Origin: Heptranchias perlo
Taxonomy: Eukaryota
Length of the DNA: 64,000 nt
Assembly: GCF_035084215.1 (NCBI RefSeq)
Contig: NC_090347.1
Span: 25,668,001-25,732,000, forward strand
Direction of reading: 5' to 3'
Positions 35,765-47,137 of this stretch are shown here, in pieces. The translations under genes and the position numbers were made by a program. The notes under the pieces are model-generated. The model did no database searches, was not told the origin of the DNA, and saw only the letters and a program-made list of their open reading frames with translations. Within the stretch, counting starts at the first letter, position 1. Each line of letters begins with the position of its first letter.

Positions 35765-37618
35765 ATGGAGCAGGCCAGAGGGAAGGCTGCCCCAAGATTT
35801 TCGGACTCCTCGCTCCAGCTGCTGCTGGATGGGGTGAGGAGGAGGAGGGAAATCTTTTTCTCGTCTGATGGGAGGAAGTGCCCTCCCTCCACCACGAAGA
35901 AGGCCTGGCTGGAGGTGCCGAGGAAGTCACCAGCTGCAGCAATGTGCCACGAACCTGGGTCCAGTGCAGGGAGAGATTTAATGACCTAACCAGGTCAGGC
36001 AAAGTGAGTATACTTACGCATTCTCGCACACTCCATCTTCCACATCACCTCCACCACCACACAACTCCTTCTGCACTGCCACCACAACGCTCTCGCATCA
36101 CTCCTCACATCCACTCTACCATCATCCTCACCTTGCCTGCACGTACTCACTGCCCCTTTCCCCATTCGAATACTACCACGCAACCCAATCATCATACAAT
36201 ATCATGGCTATGTTGCACACGCACCCTCCCATGCATCTCCCTCATGCTCAACCCCACGCACACCAATGCATGCAGCGGCTCACCATGCAACCATCACTCA
36301 GTCACGCCTCTGTGTTTTGCCTTGATAGAAGAGATGCCAGAACGCCCGGGAGAGGGCACGGACCGGAGGGGGCCCGCCACACCAGGTGGCACTAACAGAC
36401 GCAGAGCAGCAGGCATTGGAGATCAGCCGCACGCTGGAGTGCCTGTCCGTGGCGGATGCCGAGGCTGGGATTCCACAAGCGGCCGGTGACAGAAAGCTAA
36501 CACTCAGCACTCATGATAGCGAATGCTCTTAGCATCACTTGGCATCTACAGCACCTCAACATCTGTCCACATGGCTAATATTGCTTTGTGTTCTCTTGCA
36601 GGGCCATCTGCAAGCGCCGTGACTGTGGAGGGCGATTCCTCAGAGGACCTGCCGGCCTCTGAGGGTCCATCGTCACATCTGAGCTATGCATCCACCAGTG
36701 CAGATACATACACCTCGGTGGGTCCCCATCCTCACTTAGTTGGGCTTGCACATGGTGAGTCACCACGCACATGTGAGCACGAGCAGACCCTGGTGGCAGG
36801 GGCAGCTGTGGAGAGTCCACGTTGGTGGGAGCACTCTTCTCCAGGCTCTGCTCAGCTGGACCCAGATGCTGAACCCTGGGGGCCAGCCATGAAAAGGAGA
36901 GTCGTCGAGGGGCAGCAGCTAATTGCCGAGGCGCTGGAACAGGTGCCACGCGCACTCTCCACAATTGCGCAGAGAATGGAGGAGTCTAACTCCTGCATGA
37001 GGGGAATGGTGGCACAGGTACAGGAGGGTATCTCTGAGATAGTGTCGCAGGGATGTGAAGGCATCTCTGAGATAGTGTCGCGGGTAGGTGTGGGAATGTC
37101 TGCAATGGAGGAAAGGCTAGCCTCCCTTGAGCGTCAAGCACGGCTCAACAATGAGTCCATTCAGGCCCTGACAACAGCCGTTCGGATTCAGGGTGAGCAA
37201 CATTCTGCCACCTTGAACAGGCTGACAGATACTTTACAAGTGGCCTTCCAAGGCCTCACACAAGTCCTCCAAACTGCTGTCCAGCAGGGTGGAAGGAGTG
37301 ATGTGGGCCTGGGCCACGAGAGGGATGATGGTGAAAGGGGACGCCACTCAAAGCGCTCCCATGTCTCACCCATTGCCCCCCTCTCAACCAGTACCCGCAA
37401 TGCTGCCCCCTCTCCAGGTGGTCGAGTCTGCCCCTGCACAGGTGCAGGTGGAGCAGTCTTTGGAGGGGCCCTCACGGGCACCCAAACCCAGAGGGCGTCG
37501 GCCCAAAGCATCTCATCGGTCAGGGCATGGACAAGAGCAACCTGCCACGACCTCTGCTGAAGCCACAGGGGTAGCACCACGTAGGGGTTCCCGGAAACGC
37601 AAGGTGAAGGTTTTGTGA
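35765..37618 (+). pseudogene. Harbinger Myb/SANT-like (NAIF1/MSANTD-type) gene, 3 exons: 35765-36003, 36329-36485, 36602-37618
   Basis: KAAPRFS..LLLDGV..KKAWLEV..QCRERFNDL, GT-AG introns with compatible phases, exon 2 RERARTGGGPP, coiled-coil exon 3, basic C-terminus RKRK. Frameshifts near 35920 and 37340. TATTTAAA box at ~35708. Confidence 0.85.
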
Positions 37619-37812
37619 GCACAAAGGAAATGCACAAGGGTGTCTGACAATTTGCCATATGTTTTACTTATATTTGTTTTATTTCACATGCACAATAAAT
37701 CTTATTATTATCACCACTACTGCCATGTCTTGCCCATTCTTGACTGGCTTGTGGAATAGGTCCCTTTCATGGGGTTCACCATGAACATGCACACTTGATG
37801 CCACCCATTGTG

Positions 37813-38286
37813 TCACTGCAGAGTGGGTGTAGGTGTATTTGCAGGGCTCTTTTGTGCAGACGACTGAGAGATGTCGGTGATGTGCCCGATGGCACACTGG
37901 AAGGATGCGGAGGAGAAGTTGAGGGCAGTGGTGACTTTGACAGCGACAGGTAAGAAGATGGTGCTCGGGCCAGCCGGGAGCAGCTTGGCATGAAGGAGGC
38001 TGCAGATGTCCACGACTACATGTCGAGTGAATCTGAGCCTCCGTGTGCGCTGCTGCTCAGAGAGGTCCAGGAAGCTGAGCCTCGGTCTGTGGACCCTGTG
38101 GCGAGGGTAGTGCCCTCTGCGACGCATCTCTCTCTGCGGTTGCCCCCCGTCCTGCTGTGCTGGTGGATGTGTCACAGCACTGTGTTGTGGAGCTCCCCAT
38201 GTCAGAGGTGGACGTTGTGGCCAGCAAGGCTGGTGATGCTGTTCGCCCTCCGAGGAGGTCATGGCTGCAGTTACGGCGGCCCCCAT
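37813..38286 (-). pseudogene. N-terminal remnant of HARBI1-like transposase (DDE domain deleted)
   Basis: MGAAV..LSFLDLSEQQ..RLRFTR..LPVAVKVTTALNF..DISQSS, then joins 3' sequence. Confidence 0.85.
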
Positions 38287-38406
38287 CCGGAAGTCTGAGG
38301 GTGTCCGCAAGGTAGGTACATGTCTCTGGACCCCGGGGTAAGTGTGCAAGTTTATGAATTTTATTGTTAGGAGGAGGGTGGTGGAGGCCAAACTATGTCC
38401 AAAGTG

Positions 38407-38622
38407 TAAACAATTTTACAACACCAAGTTATAGTCCAGCAATTTTATTTTAAATTCACAAGCTTTCGGAGGCTTCCCCCTTCCTCAGGTTCACATCGTT
38501 CACCTGAGGAAGGGGGAAGCCTCCGAAAGCTTGTGAATTTAAAATAAAATTGCTGGACTATAACTTGGTGTTGTAAAATTGTTTACAATTGTCAACCCCA
38601 GTCCATCACCGGCATCTCCACA
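38407..38622. mobile_element. Palindromic Penelope-derived mini-element with hammerhead-like motifs on both strands
   Basis: 13-bp TSD TATGTCCAAAGTG (38394-38406, 38623-38635); empty site visible in the sister Harbinger at ~43088-43100. Motif ttcac-CTGAGGA-a-GGGG..CTCC-GAAA-gc-TT-gtgaa at 38499-38537, with an inverted copy at 38455-38490. Confidence 0.92.
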
Positions 38623-39113
38623 TATGTCCAAAGTGACAGAGTGGCCTCCTGCAATGAGTGAGGGTCTCCCCACCTCCAACCTATCAAATGGACCTTTGCA
38701 GCTGCCACAGACTGATGGCTGCAACACGTCCATTTGAACTGGGAGTGTTTCCCCCAGTATGGGAAACAGTCTCAGTTCATTTCAAAATTCTACCCCTCCG
38801 AAATTATCAGGTCAATCAGGTCTGTAAACGACATGAAGTACCTGTTTAAGTACTTTAAGTGGCACCCCGCTGGCTTTAATTGCCGGCGGGAGTCCCACAT
38901 GCGGGGGCTGCGCGCGCACGTCAGCGCGTCTGTGGGGAACCCGGAAGTGGGCGGGTTGGAGCTGGGCTCCCGACCCGCCCCGGGAATCCCGGATTTTCGC
39001 AACCCCCTCCGGCCACGAACGCACCCAATCGTGGGTGTGAAAATCGAGCCCCAGATGTATTTAACCTTATATAATGGAGGAAAAAATTAGAAACTGACTA
39101 ATCAGTCATTATG

Positions 39114-39292
39114 AGGGTAATTATAGCCGAACTATAATTACCTGCAGGATCGGGTGGAACGTGGGTTTTACACCCCGCCCAATATTACTCTCCATTGACT
39201 TCACTGGAGAGTAAAATCGGGCGAAGTTTAAAACCAGTGTTGCACCCGATCTCGACAGTTTCCTGACAGGCAGGTTAGGTTAAAATTGCCCC
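39114..39292. mobile_element. MITE-like palindromic element, Harbinger-type ends
   Basis: AGGGTAATTATAGCC / GGTTAAAATTGCCCC ends; internal inverted repeat TTACTCTCCA..TGGAGAGTAA. Confidence 0.6.
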
Positions 39293-39389
39293 CTATAATT
39301 AAAAAAAAACGAGGAAAAGCTTCCGTGGCTTTCTCATGATCTACTGTCGTAACTTCGGCAGAAGATCAGCGGAACCCCTGAAGACATTA

Positions 39390-40056
39390 GGGGGAATTTT
39401 AACCCCAAAGAACAGGTGGGTTCGGGATGGGTGGGAAGTTAAAATAAGACAATTTTGCAGCGCGACCGCGACCTGGCTCCAATGCACCCATTTCCGGGCT
39501 TAACGGAGGCGGGTCGATAATTAGTGAGGCAGGTGGGTACTCAGCACAGCAATTAACCTCATTATCACATGTTAATTAGGTGATTTTTTAATTTAATTTA
39601 AAAGACGGTCAAATTTAACATTTCCAGCAAGGATTTCCCAGACTGCGGGAATCATGAAGGAGGCACGAAGGGGTGCGAGGCCTTTATTGCACTGCTTGTG
39701 GGTCAGGAGGAGCAGGAGTGCTTCCCCGTGGCTCACCAAGCTTACCTTTTAAAAACCCCACAATCGGCAGACCCTCCGCACCCACAATGTCCGATGCACC
39801 CCAACTCCCCAGCGGTCATCCCCCCATACAATCCCGAAGACTCTGATCCCTCCATGGCTGCGTTCTCGCCCGACTGGCAGCCAGCCTATCAATCTGGCCA
39901 GCTATTAGGTACGAAACCTGTTGAAAAAATTTTGAAGACGTTCCACCGTCAAAATCATAACAACTTGCGGGAAACCCTTACTTCCGGGTTTCCCTTCTGA
40001 AAATCCTGCTCCCCCCACCCCAGCTCTCTTCCCAGCTCCAAGTTAACACCCAGGCC
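39390..40056. mobile_element. Non-coding Harbinger derivative
   Basis: Left end GGGGAATTTTAACCCCAAAGAACAGGTGGG matches the ends at 22288 and 50988; right end is degenerate. Confidence 0.55.
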
Positions 40057-40159
40057 TTGGGGTGAAAGGTTATTTACTGCATTTCTCTAAGGGTTCTGCT
40101 GATCGAGTGAACTGCGGAAATTCCAGGCGATAGCAAGAAAGCCTACAAAGATGTCCATA

Positions 40160-40740
40160 GGTTCCCAGTAATGAATAGATTCCAGGCATTATCCAACACA
40201 GGTATCAAGGTGTTGTAAGAAAAGGCAGCTCGAAAGCCAAAGGCGACAGCTTGGACAAAAGTGCAATCTGTAGGTCACAGAGAAAACAGATAGCTGTGTG
40301 TTCTGGATAGAGCTGTTTACGTGGAGTGAGAGCAGTATACATTGAAGAAAGGTTAGAAGGCATACTGAAGGAGTCATTACCAGGTCCTGTGGTGGTGATT
40401 CTTGTCGGGGTAAACAACATGAAGAGAAACAAAATAGGGGCCTTAAAAGGCACATACACAAGATTGTCTCAAAACTCAAATATCGGGGATATAAAGTTGT
40501 TTTCTTTGGTACACGCCCAGGGCTTGGGGAAGGACAGGAGTTCATGAATAAAATTACGGATGTGAATGAATGGCTGGCAACCTGATGTCAAAATAACAGT
40601 GCTACTTCTCATAAATGACTGGGAACATTATCAAAATAAAACGGACTAGTACGGAAAAGATGAGCTGCGTCTCAATCAAATAGGAACAAAGAGACTTGAG
40701 TGGAACATTAAGGCAGCAATTGAAAATCAACTAAACCAGA
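40160..40740 (+). pseudogene. Decayed CR1 ORF1 SGNH esterase remnant
   Basis: NRFQALS, ..ERLEGIL..VVVILVGVNN.., VNEWL, DELRLNQIG parallel the esterase at 10297-10797. Confidence 0.65.
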
Positions 40741-40921
40741 TAGATGGGGAGGGGGGGAGTAGAGCAAAGAGGTAACTGGACTCCAGACAGAACAGCTCAT
40801 AGGGTAGAAGGTAACCAACAGGTGGGCATGGATAGAGTAATCCCAAAAGACATACATATACAGGGTGACACTGAGGAACACAAAAGGCAGCAAATCTTCA
40901 TTAAGGGGCTTATATAACCAC

Positions 40922-41165
40922 AGCAACTTGCATTTAGGCAGTGCCTTTAATGTAGAAAAATATCCTAAAGCTTCACAAAGACATACCAAAAAAGGAGATA
41001 CCAGGAGGGATCAAAAGCTCAATGTAAGAGGTGGGTTCGAAAGAGGGCTTTAAAAGAAAGGTGCTGAGGTGGAGGGTTTAGGCAGGTAATTTTGGAGCAA
41101 GGGGCCTAAGTGGCTAAAGGCACAGCTGCCAATGGTGGGGCGAAGGAGGGTGCGGACGCACAAGA
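40922..41165 (-). mobile_element. L2 LINE 3' end
   Basis: AACTTGCATT..GTGCCTTTAATGTAGAAAA tail and GGAGGGTTTAGG..GGGCCTAAGTGGCT as in 52056-52330. Confidence 0.7.
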
Positions 41166-41169
41166 TAAA

Positions 41170-41480
41170 CTGAGCTTCAAACTCCATTTCCCATCCATTA
41201 CCAAAACTATCTATTTTCCCCTCTGAATCATTTCCTATTCCTCTTCGACTCTAATCACCAATGCTGAAACTCTCATCCACATCTTTGCCATACACAGGCT
41301 CAAAGTTTCCATTGCTGCCTCTGTTGGCCTCCTGAATTCCATCTGACACAAACTATCACCCACATCTCCTCTTTTCTGGTTCTGGTCCCCTGTCTGTGTC
41401 TCCTTCCTCCATTCCATTATTGGTGGCAGAACCCTCAGCTTTTATGGCCATAAACTGTCAAATTCTGTTTCAAAAACTTT
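41170..41480 (+). mobile_element. L2 LINE 3' fragment (continues at 43516-43626 and 45219-45297)
   Basis: GAGCTTC..CCATTACCAAA..GCTGAAACTCTCATCCAC..GGTGGCAGA..CAGC, typical of L2 ORF2 ends; split by two later insertions. Confidence 0.6.
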
Positions 41481-43515
41481 GGGCTCGATATTAGGAGGGC
41501 AGCGGGTTCGCGGCGGGGGGTCTATTGGGCGCGTGGGTAATGCGCCCGCGCTCGATCGCAGGGTGATTGGATCCACTTACCTTGTCTTCCAGGTTCCCCG
41601 CTGCTGAGCTGCGCGGCGGGCGGACTGCGCATGCGCAGTAAGGTCTGTCAGCTGGAGGAGCTCTATTTAAAGGGGCAGTCCTCCACTGACTGATGCTGCA
41701 AGAAATAGGAAAAATTACAGCATGGAGCAGCCCAGGGGGAAGGCTGCTCCCAGGTTTAATGATGCCTCACTCCAGCTCTTAATGGATGGGGTGAGGAGGA
41801 GGGGGAGGACAGAGATCTTCCCCCTGGCAGGCGGGAGGAAGCAACCTGCCTCTGCCACCAAGAAGACCTGGCTCAAGGTGGCAGAGGAGGTCACCTGCAC
41901 CACCAACATATCGCCCACCTGCATACAGTGCAGGAGGCGCTGCAATGACCTAAGTAGTTCAGCCAAAGTGAGTACACTTACTCATTCCCCTACACTCCGT
42001 CTGCCACATCACCGCCCCCACCCCACATCTCCTTCTACACTGCCAACACTACTCTGTCACATCACTCCTCACACCCACTCAAACCTCATCCTCATCTTAC
42101 CTGCACTTACTCACCTCACCAGTACTCATCCCGCCACTACCACTCAACCCAATCCTCATACAATCTCATGGCTCGATCTCATACTCACCCTCTCATGCAT
42201 CTCTTTCACGGTCAGCCTCACTCAACCTGCCACTACCTGTGCTGCAGCCACAGGGCATGCATCACATATGTGCAGTAGGAAGCGTAAGGCAAACGTGTTG
42301 TGAGCATGAAGGGGATGCCCAAGGGTGTTTGAGGGTTTGTCATGGTTTTTACTTATATTTAATTTCTGACCAACTCACATTACATATTATATTGGCACCA
42401 CTACTGCCACGTCTTTGCGAATCTTGTCTGGTTTGTGCAATAATGCCCTTTCCTGAGGATCACAATGAAGACCCACACCTGATGCCACCCATTGTGTCAC
42501 TGCAGAGTGGGTGTAGGTGTATTTGCAGGGCTCTTTTGTGCAGACGACTGAGAGATGTCGGTGATGTCCCCGGTGGCACCCTGGGAGGATGCGGAGGAGA
42601 GGTTGTTGAGGGTAGTGGTGACTTTGACAGTGACAGGTAAGAAGATGGTGCTCGGGCCAGCCGGGAGCAGCTCGGCACGAAGGAGGCTGCAGATGTCCAC
42701 GACTACATGTCGAGTGACTCTGAGCCTCCATGTGCGCTGCTGCTCAGAGAGGTCCAGGAAGCTGAGCCTTGGTCTGTGGACCCTGTGGCGAGGGTAGTGC
42801 CCTCTGCGACGCATCTCTCCCTGCCTTTGCTCTCCCTCCTGCTGTACAGGTGGATGTGTCACAGCACTGTGTTGTGGAGCTCCACGTGTCAGAGGTGGAC
42901 AGCGTGGCCGGCGAGGCTGGTGATGCTGTTCGCTCTCCGAGGAGGTCATGACTGCAGCTACGGCGGCCCCCATCCGGAAGATGTACATCTGAGGGGGTCC
43001 GTAAGGTAGGTACATGTCTCTGGTCCCCGGGGTATGTGTGCAAGTTTGTGAATTTTATTGTTAGGAGGAGGGTGGTGGAGGCCAAACTTTGTCCAAAGTG
43101 ACAGAGTGGCCTCCTGCAATGAGTGAGGGTCTCCCCCCCCCCAACCTGTCAAATGGATCTTTGCAGCTGCCACAGGCTGATGGCTGCAACATGTCCATTT
43201 CAACAGGGAGTGTTTCCCCCAGTACGGGAAACAGTCCCAGTTGTTTGTAAAATCCCACCCCTCCTGAAATATTCCCTTAATCAGGTCTGTTAACGACCTG
43301 AAATATCAGAGTAAATACTGTCAAGTGGCACCCCGCCAGCTTTAATTGCCTGCGGGAGTCCCACATGCGGGGGCTGCGTGCGCATGTCAGCGCATCTGTG
43401 GGGAACCTGGAAGTGGGCGGGTTGGAGCCGGGCTCCCGACCCGCTCCGGGATTCGCCGATTTTTGGAGCCCCCCCGCCAGGAATGCACCCGATAGCGGGT
43501 GCTAATATCGAGCCC
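41481..43515. mobile_element. Shorter non-autonomous Harbinger (Myb exon 1 +, transposase N-terminus -)
   Basis: Perfect 14-bp TIR GGGCTCGATATTAG. ORF 41722 (Myb/SANT exon 1 reading into the intron at ~41968) and ORF 42497..43015. TSD imperfect (TTT/CTT). Confidence 0.93.
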
Positions 43516-43626
43516 CTTGTGTCTCACCACATATCTCCCTACATTCAGCAACTTACTCAAAACCTATCTCTTTGACCAAAACTTAAATCAACCCCCAACC
43601 CTTCTCCTAACTCTTGCTCAGTGCTC

Positions 43627-45218
43627 AGTGATATCAAGAAATGGCTACGTGCACTGGATACAGCAAAGGCTACGGGCCCCGACAACATCCCGGCTGAAGT
43701 GCTGAAGACTTGTGCTCCAGAACTAGCCACACCTCTAGCCAAACTGTTCCAGTACAGCTACAACACTGGCAATTATCCGACAATGTGGAAAATTGCCCAG
43801 GTATGTCTTGTCCACAAAAAGCAGGACAAATCCAATCCAGCTAATTATCGCCCCATCAGTCTACTCTCAATCATCAGCAAAGTGATGGAAGGTGTCGTCG
43901 ACAGTGCGATCAAGCAGCTCTTACTCACCAATAACCTGCTCACCGATCCTCAGCTTGGGTTCCGCCAGGACCACTCGGCTCCAGACCTTATTACAGCCTT
44001 GGTCCAAACATGGACAAAAGAGCTGAATTCCAGAGGTGAGGTGAGATTGACTGCCCTTGACATCAAGGCAGCATTTGACCGAGTGCGGCACCAAGGAGCC
44101 CGAGTAAAATTGAAGTAATTGGGAATCAGGGGGAAAACTCTCCAGTGGCTGGAGTCATACCTAGCACAACGGAAGATGGTAGTGGTTGTTGGAGGCCAGT
44201 CATCTCAACCCCAGGGCATTGCTGCAGGAGTTCCTGATGGGCACTGGCCGAGGCCCAACCATCTTCAGCTGCTTCATCAATGACCTTCCCTCCATCATAA
44301 GGTCAGAAATGGGGATGTTCGCTGATGATTGCACATTGTTCAGTTACATTCGCAACCCCTCAGATAATGAAGCAGTCCGTGCCCGCATGCAGCAAGACCT
44401 GGACAACATCCAGGCTTGGGCTGATAAATGACAAGTAACATTTGTGCCAGACAAGTGCTAGGCAATGATCATCTCCAACAAGAGAGAGTCTAACCACTTC
44501 CCTTTGACATTCAACGGCATTACCATCTCTGAATCCCCCACCATCAACATCCTGGGGGTCACCATTGACCAGATACTTAACTGCACCAGCCACATAAATA
44601 CTGTGGCTACAAGAGCAGGTCAGAGGCTGGGTATTCTGCAGCGAGTGACTCATCTCTTGATTCCCCAAAGCCTTTCCACCATCTACAAGGCACAAGTCAG
44701 GAGTGTGATGGAATACTCTCCACTTGCCTGGATGAGTGCAGCTCCAACAACACTCAAGAAGCTTGACACCATTCAGGACAAAGCAGCCCGCTTGATTGGC
44801 ATCCCATCCACCACCCTAAACATTCACTCCCTTCACCACCGGCGCACTGTGGCTGCAGTGTGCACCATCCACAGGATACACTGCAGCAACTCGCCAAGGC
44901 TTCTTCAACAGCACCTCCCAAACCCGCGACCTCTACCACCTAGAAGGACAAGGGCAGCAGGCACATGGGAACAACACCACCTGCACATTCCCCTCCAAGT
45001 CACACACCATCCCGAATTGGAAATATATCGCCATTCCTTCATCGTCGCAGGGTCAAAATCCTGGAACTCCCCCTTAACAGCACTGTGGGAGAACCTTCAC
45101 CAAACATACTGCAGCGGTTCAAAAAGGCGGCTCACCACCACCTTCTCAAGGGCAATTAGGAATGGGCAATAAATGCTGGCGTGCCAGAGACGCCCGCATC
45201 CCATGAACGAATAAAAAA
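43627..45218 (+). mobile_element. Jockey-group (CR1/Crack-like) LINE, RT to 3' end
   Basis: KATGPDNIP, NYRPISLL, QLGFR, LDIKAAFD, INDLP, MFADD, MEYSPLAW. Tail GGGCAATAAATGCTGGC..CATCCCATGAACGAATAAAAA differs from the vertebrate-type CR1. Confidence 0.9.
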
Positions 45219-45312
45219 TTTCCCTCATCTTTTGCAAAAGGTCTTTTGACACCTTGCTGCAGTAAAGACACTTTTTAACTGCAATTTATAATTGTTTGCT
45301 GTACCAATATTA

Positions 45313-46566
45313 CATAACATAAGAACATAAGAAATAGGAGCAGGAGTAGGCCAATCGGCCCCTCGAGCCTGCTCCGCCATTCAATAAGATCATGGCTGAT
45401 CTGATCCTAACCTCAAATCTAAATTCATATCCAATTTCCTGCCCGCTCCCCGTAACCCCTAATTCCCTTTACTTCTAGGAAACTGTCTATTTCTGTTTTA
45501 AATTCATTTAATGATGTGGCTTCCACAGCTTCCTGGGGCAGCAAATTCCACAGACCTACTACCCTCTGAGTGAAGAAGTTTCTCCTCATCTCACTTTTGA
45601 AAGAGCAGCCCCTTATTCTAAGATTATGCCCCCTAGTTCTAGTTTCACCCATCCTTGGGAACATCCTTACCGCATCCACCCGATCAAGCCCCTTCACAAT
45701 CTTATATGTTTCAATAAGATCGCCTCTCATTCTTCTGAACTCCAATGAGTAGAGTCCCAATCTACTCAACCTCTCCTCATATGTCCGCCCCCTCATGCCC
45801 GGGATTAACCGAGTGAACCTTCTTTGTACTGCCTCGAGAGCAAGTATGTCTTTTCTTAAGTATGGAGACCAAAACTGTATGCAGTATTCCAGGTGCGGTC
45901 TCACCAATACATTATATAACTGCAGCAATACTTCCCTGTTTTTATATTCTATCCCCCGAACAATAAAAGCCAACATTCCGTTGGCCTTCTTGATCACCTG
46001 CTGCACCTGCATACTAACCTTTTGATTTTCTTGCACTGGGACCCCCAGATCCCTTTGTACTGCAGTACTTTCCAGTTTCTCGCCATTAAGATAATAACTT
46101 GCCCTCTGATTTTTCCTGCCAAAGTGCATAACCTCACATTTTCCAATATTGTATTGCATCTGCCAAATCTCCACCCACTCACCCAGCCTGTCTATATCCC
46201 CTTGTAGGTTTTTTATGTCCTTCTCACTCTCTACTTTCCCTCCCATCTTTGCATCATCTGCAAACTTTGATATGTTACACTCGGTCCCCTCCTCCAAATC
46301 GTTAATATAGAGTGTAAAGAGTTGGGGACCCAGCACCGACCCCTGCGGAACACCACTGGCTACTGGTTGCCAGTCCGAGAATGAACCATTTATCCCAACT
46401 CTCTGCTTCCTGTTAGATAACCAATCCTCCACCCATGCCAGAATATTACCCCCAATCCAGTGATTCTTTATCTTGAGCAATAATCTTTTACGTGGCACCT
46501 TGTCGAATGCCTTCTGGAAGTCTAAATACACTACGTCCACTGGTTCCCCTTTATCCACCCTGTACG
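45313..46566 (-). mobile_element. Young 5'-truncated CR1 LINE
   Basis: Open RT C-terminal half (ORF 45425..46711); near identical to copies at 7048 and 61842; (TTCTTATG)n tail. Confidence 0.97.
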
Positions 46567-46714
46567 TAATGTTATGTTGTTTCCAGCAACCCTGAATTAT
46601 CCACCAATTCACCTGGCACCCCAAACCTGAGATGCAGCAGTTTTCTACATGAGGATAGTTTATCTGCAGTTTGGATGAAATACTGTGGAATTCACTTGCT
46701 TGTAATAACAAAAC

Positions 46715-46782
46715 TTAGGAATGGGAAATCAATGCTGGCCTTGCCAGCGACGCCCACATCCCATTCACAAATTTAAAAAAAA
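46715..46782 (+). mobile_element. Isolated 3' tail of the Crack-like LINE
   Basis: TTAGGAATGGG..AATGCTGGCCTTGCCAGCGACGCCCACATCCCAT + A-rich tail, as at 45157-45218 and 61761-61827. Confidence 0.8.
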
Positions 46783-47137
46783 CTTAAAAAAAGAGTTCAA
46801 AGGTGGATTATGTGAGCTCAACAGGCAAATGTATTGTTTGCTTCTTTTACTTCTTTCACTTTTAGTCATCTGGCTATCTGATCCTTGGGAATAAATTTTA
46901 ACATATTGACCCCTCCGGCTCTCAGCGGGGAGGGTCAATATGCACGTGGGAAACCTCGAAAAAATTTTGTGCGTTTTCTTGAGCGATCGCGACTCAATTT
47001 TAATGTGACTTACGGGTTTCGCGTCTCCGAGCTGCGCAGCAGGCGTACTGCGCACGCTAATGACATGCTGGGACCTGGATTATTTAAAGGGCCATTGCAA
47101 CCATGGATTTTGAGGGAGAAAGGAGAAATCAGCAAAT

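Larger units (their letters stand above)
35506..39051. mobile_element. Non-autonomous PIF/Harbinger transposon (Myb-like gene +, truncated transposase -)
   Basis: Imperfect TIRs AGGCTCGAAATT / AAAATCGAGCCC, 3-bp TSD CAG (35503-35505, 39052-39054), two convergent genes. Confidence 0.93.

Noticed and set aside
36523-37560. 345-aa ORF as a host gene or domesticated NAIF1-like gene
   Set aside because: Lies between TIRs with a TSD, is exon 3 of the transposon Myb-like gene, and the gene is frameshifted.
45425-46711. 428-aa ORF as an RT fusion protein
   Set aside because: The first ~48 codons are flanking DNA that is in frame with a 5'-truncated CR1 by chance.
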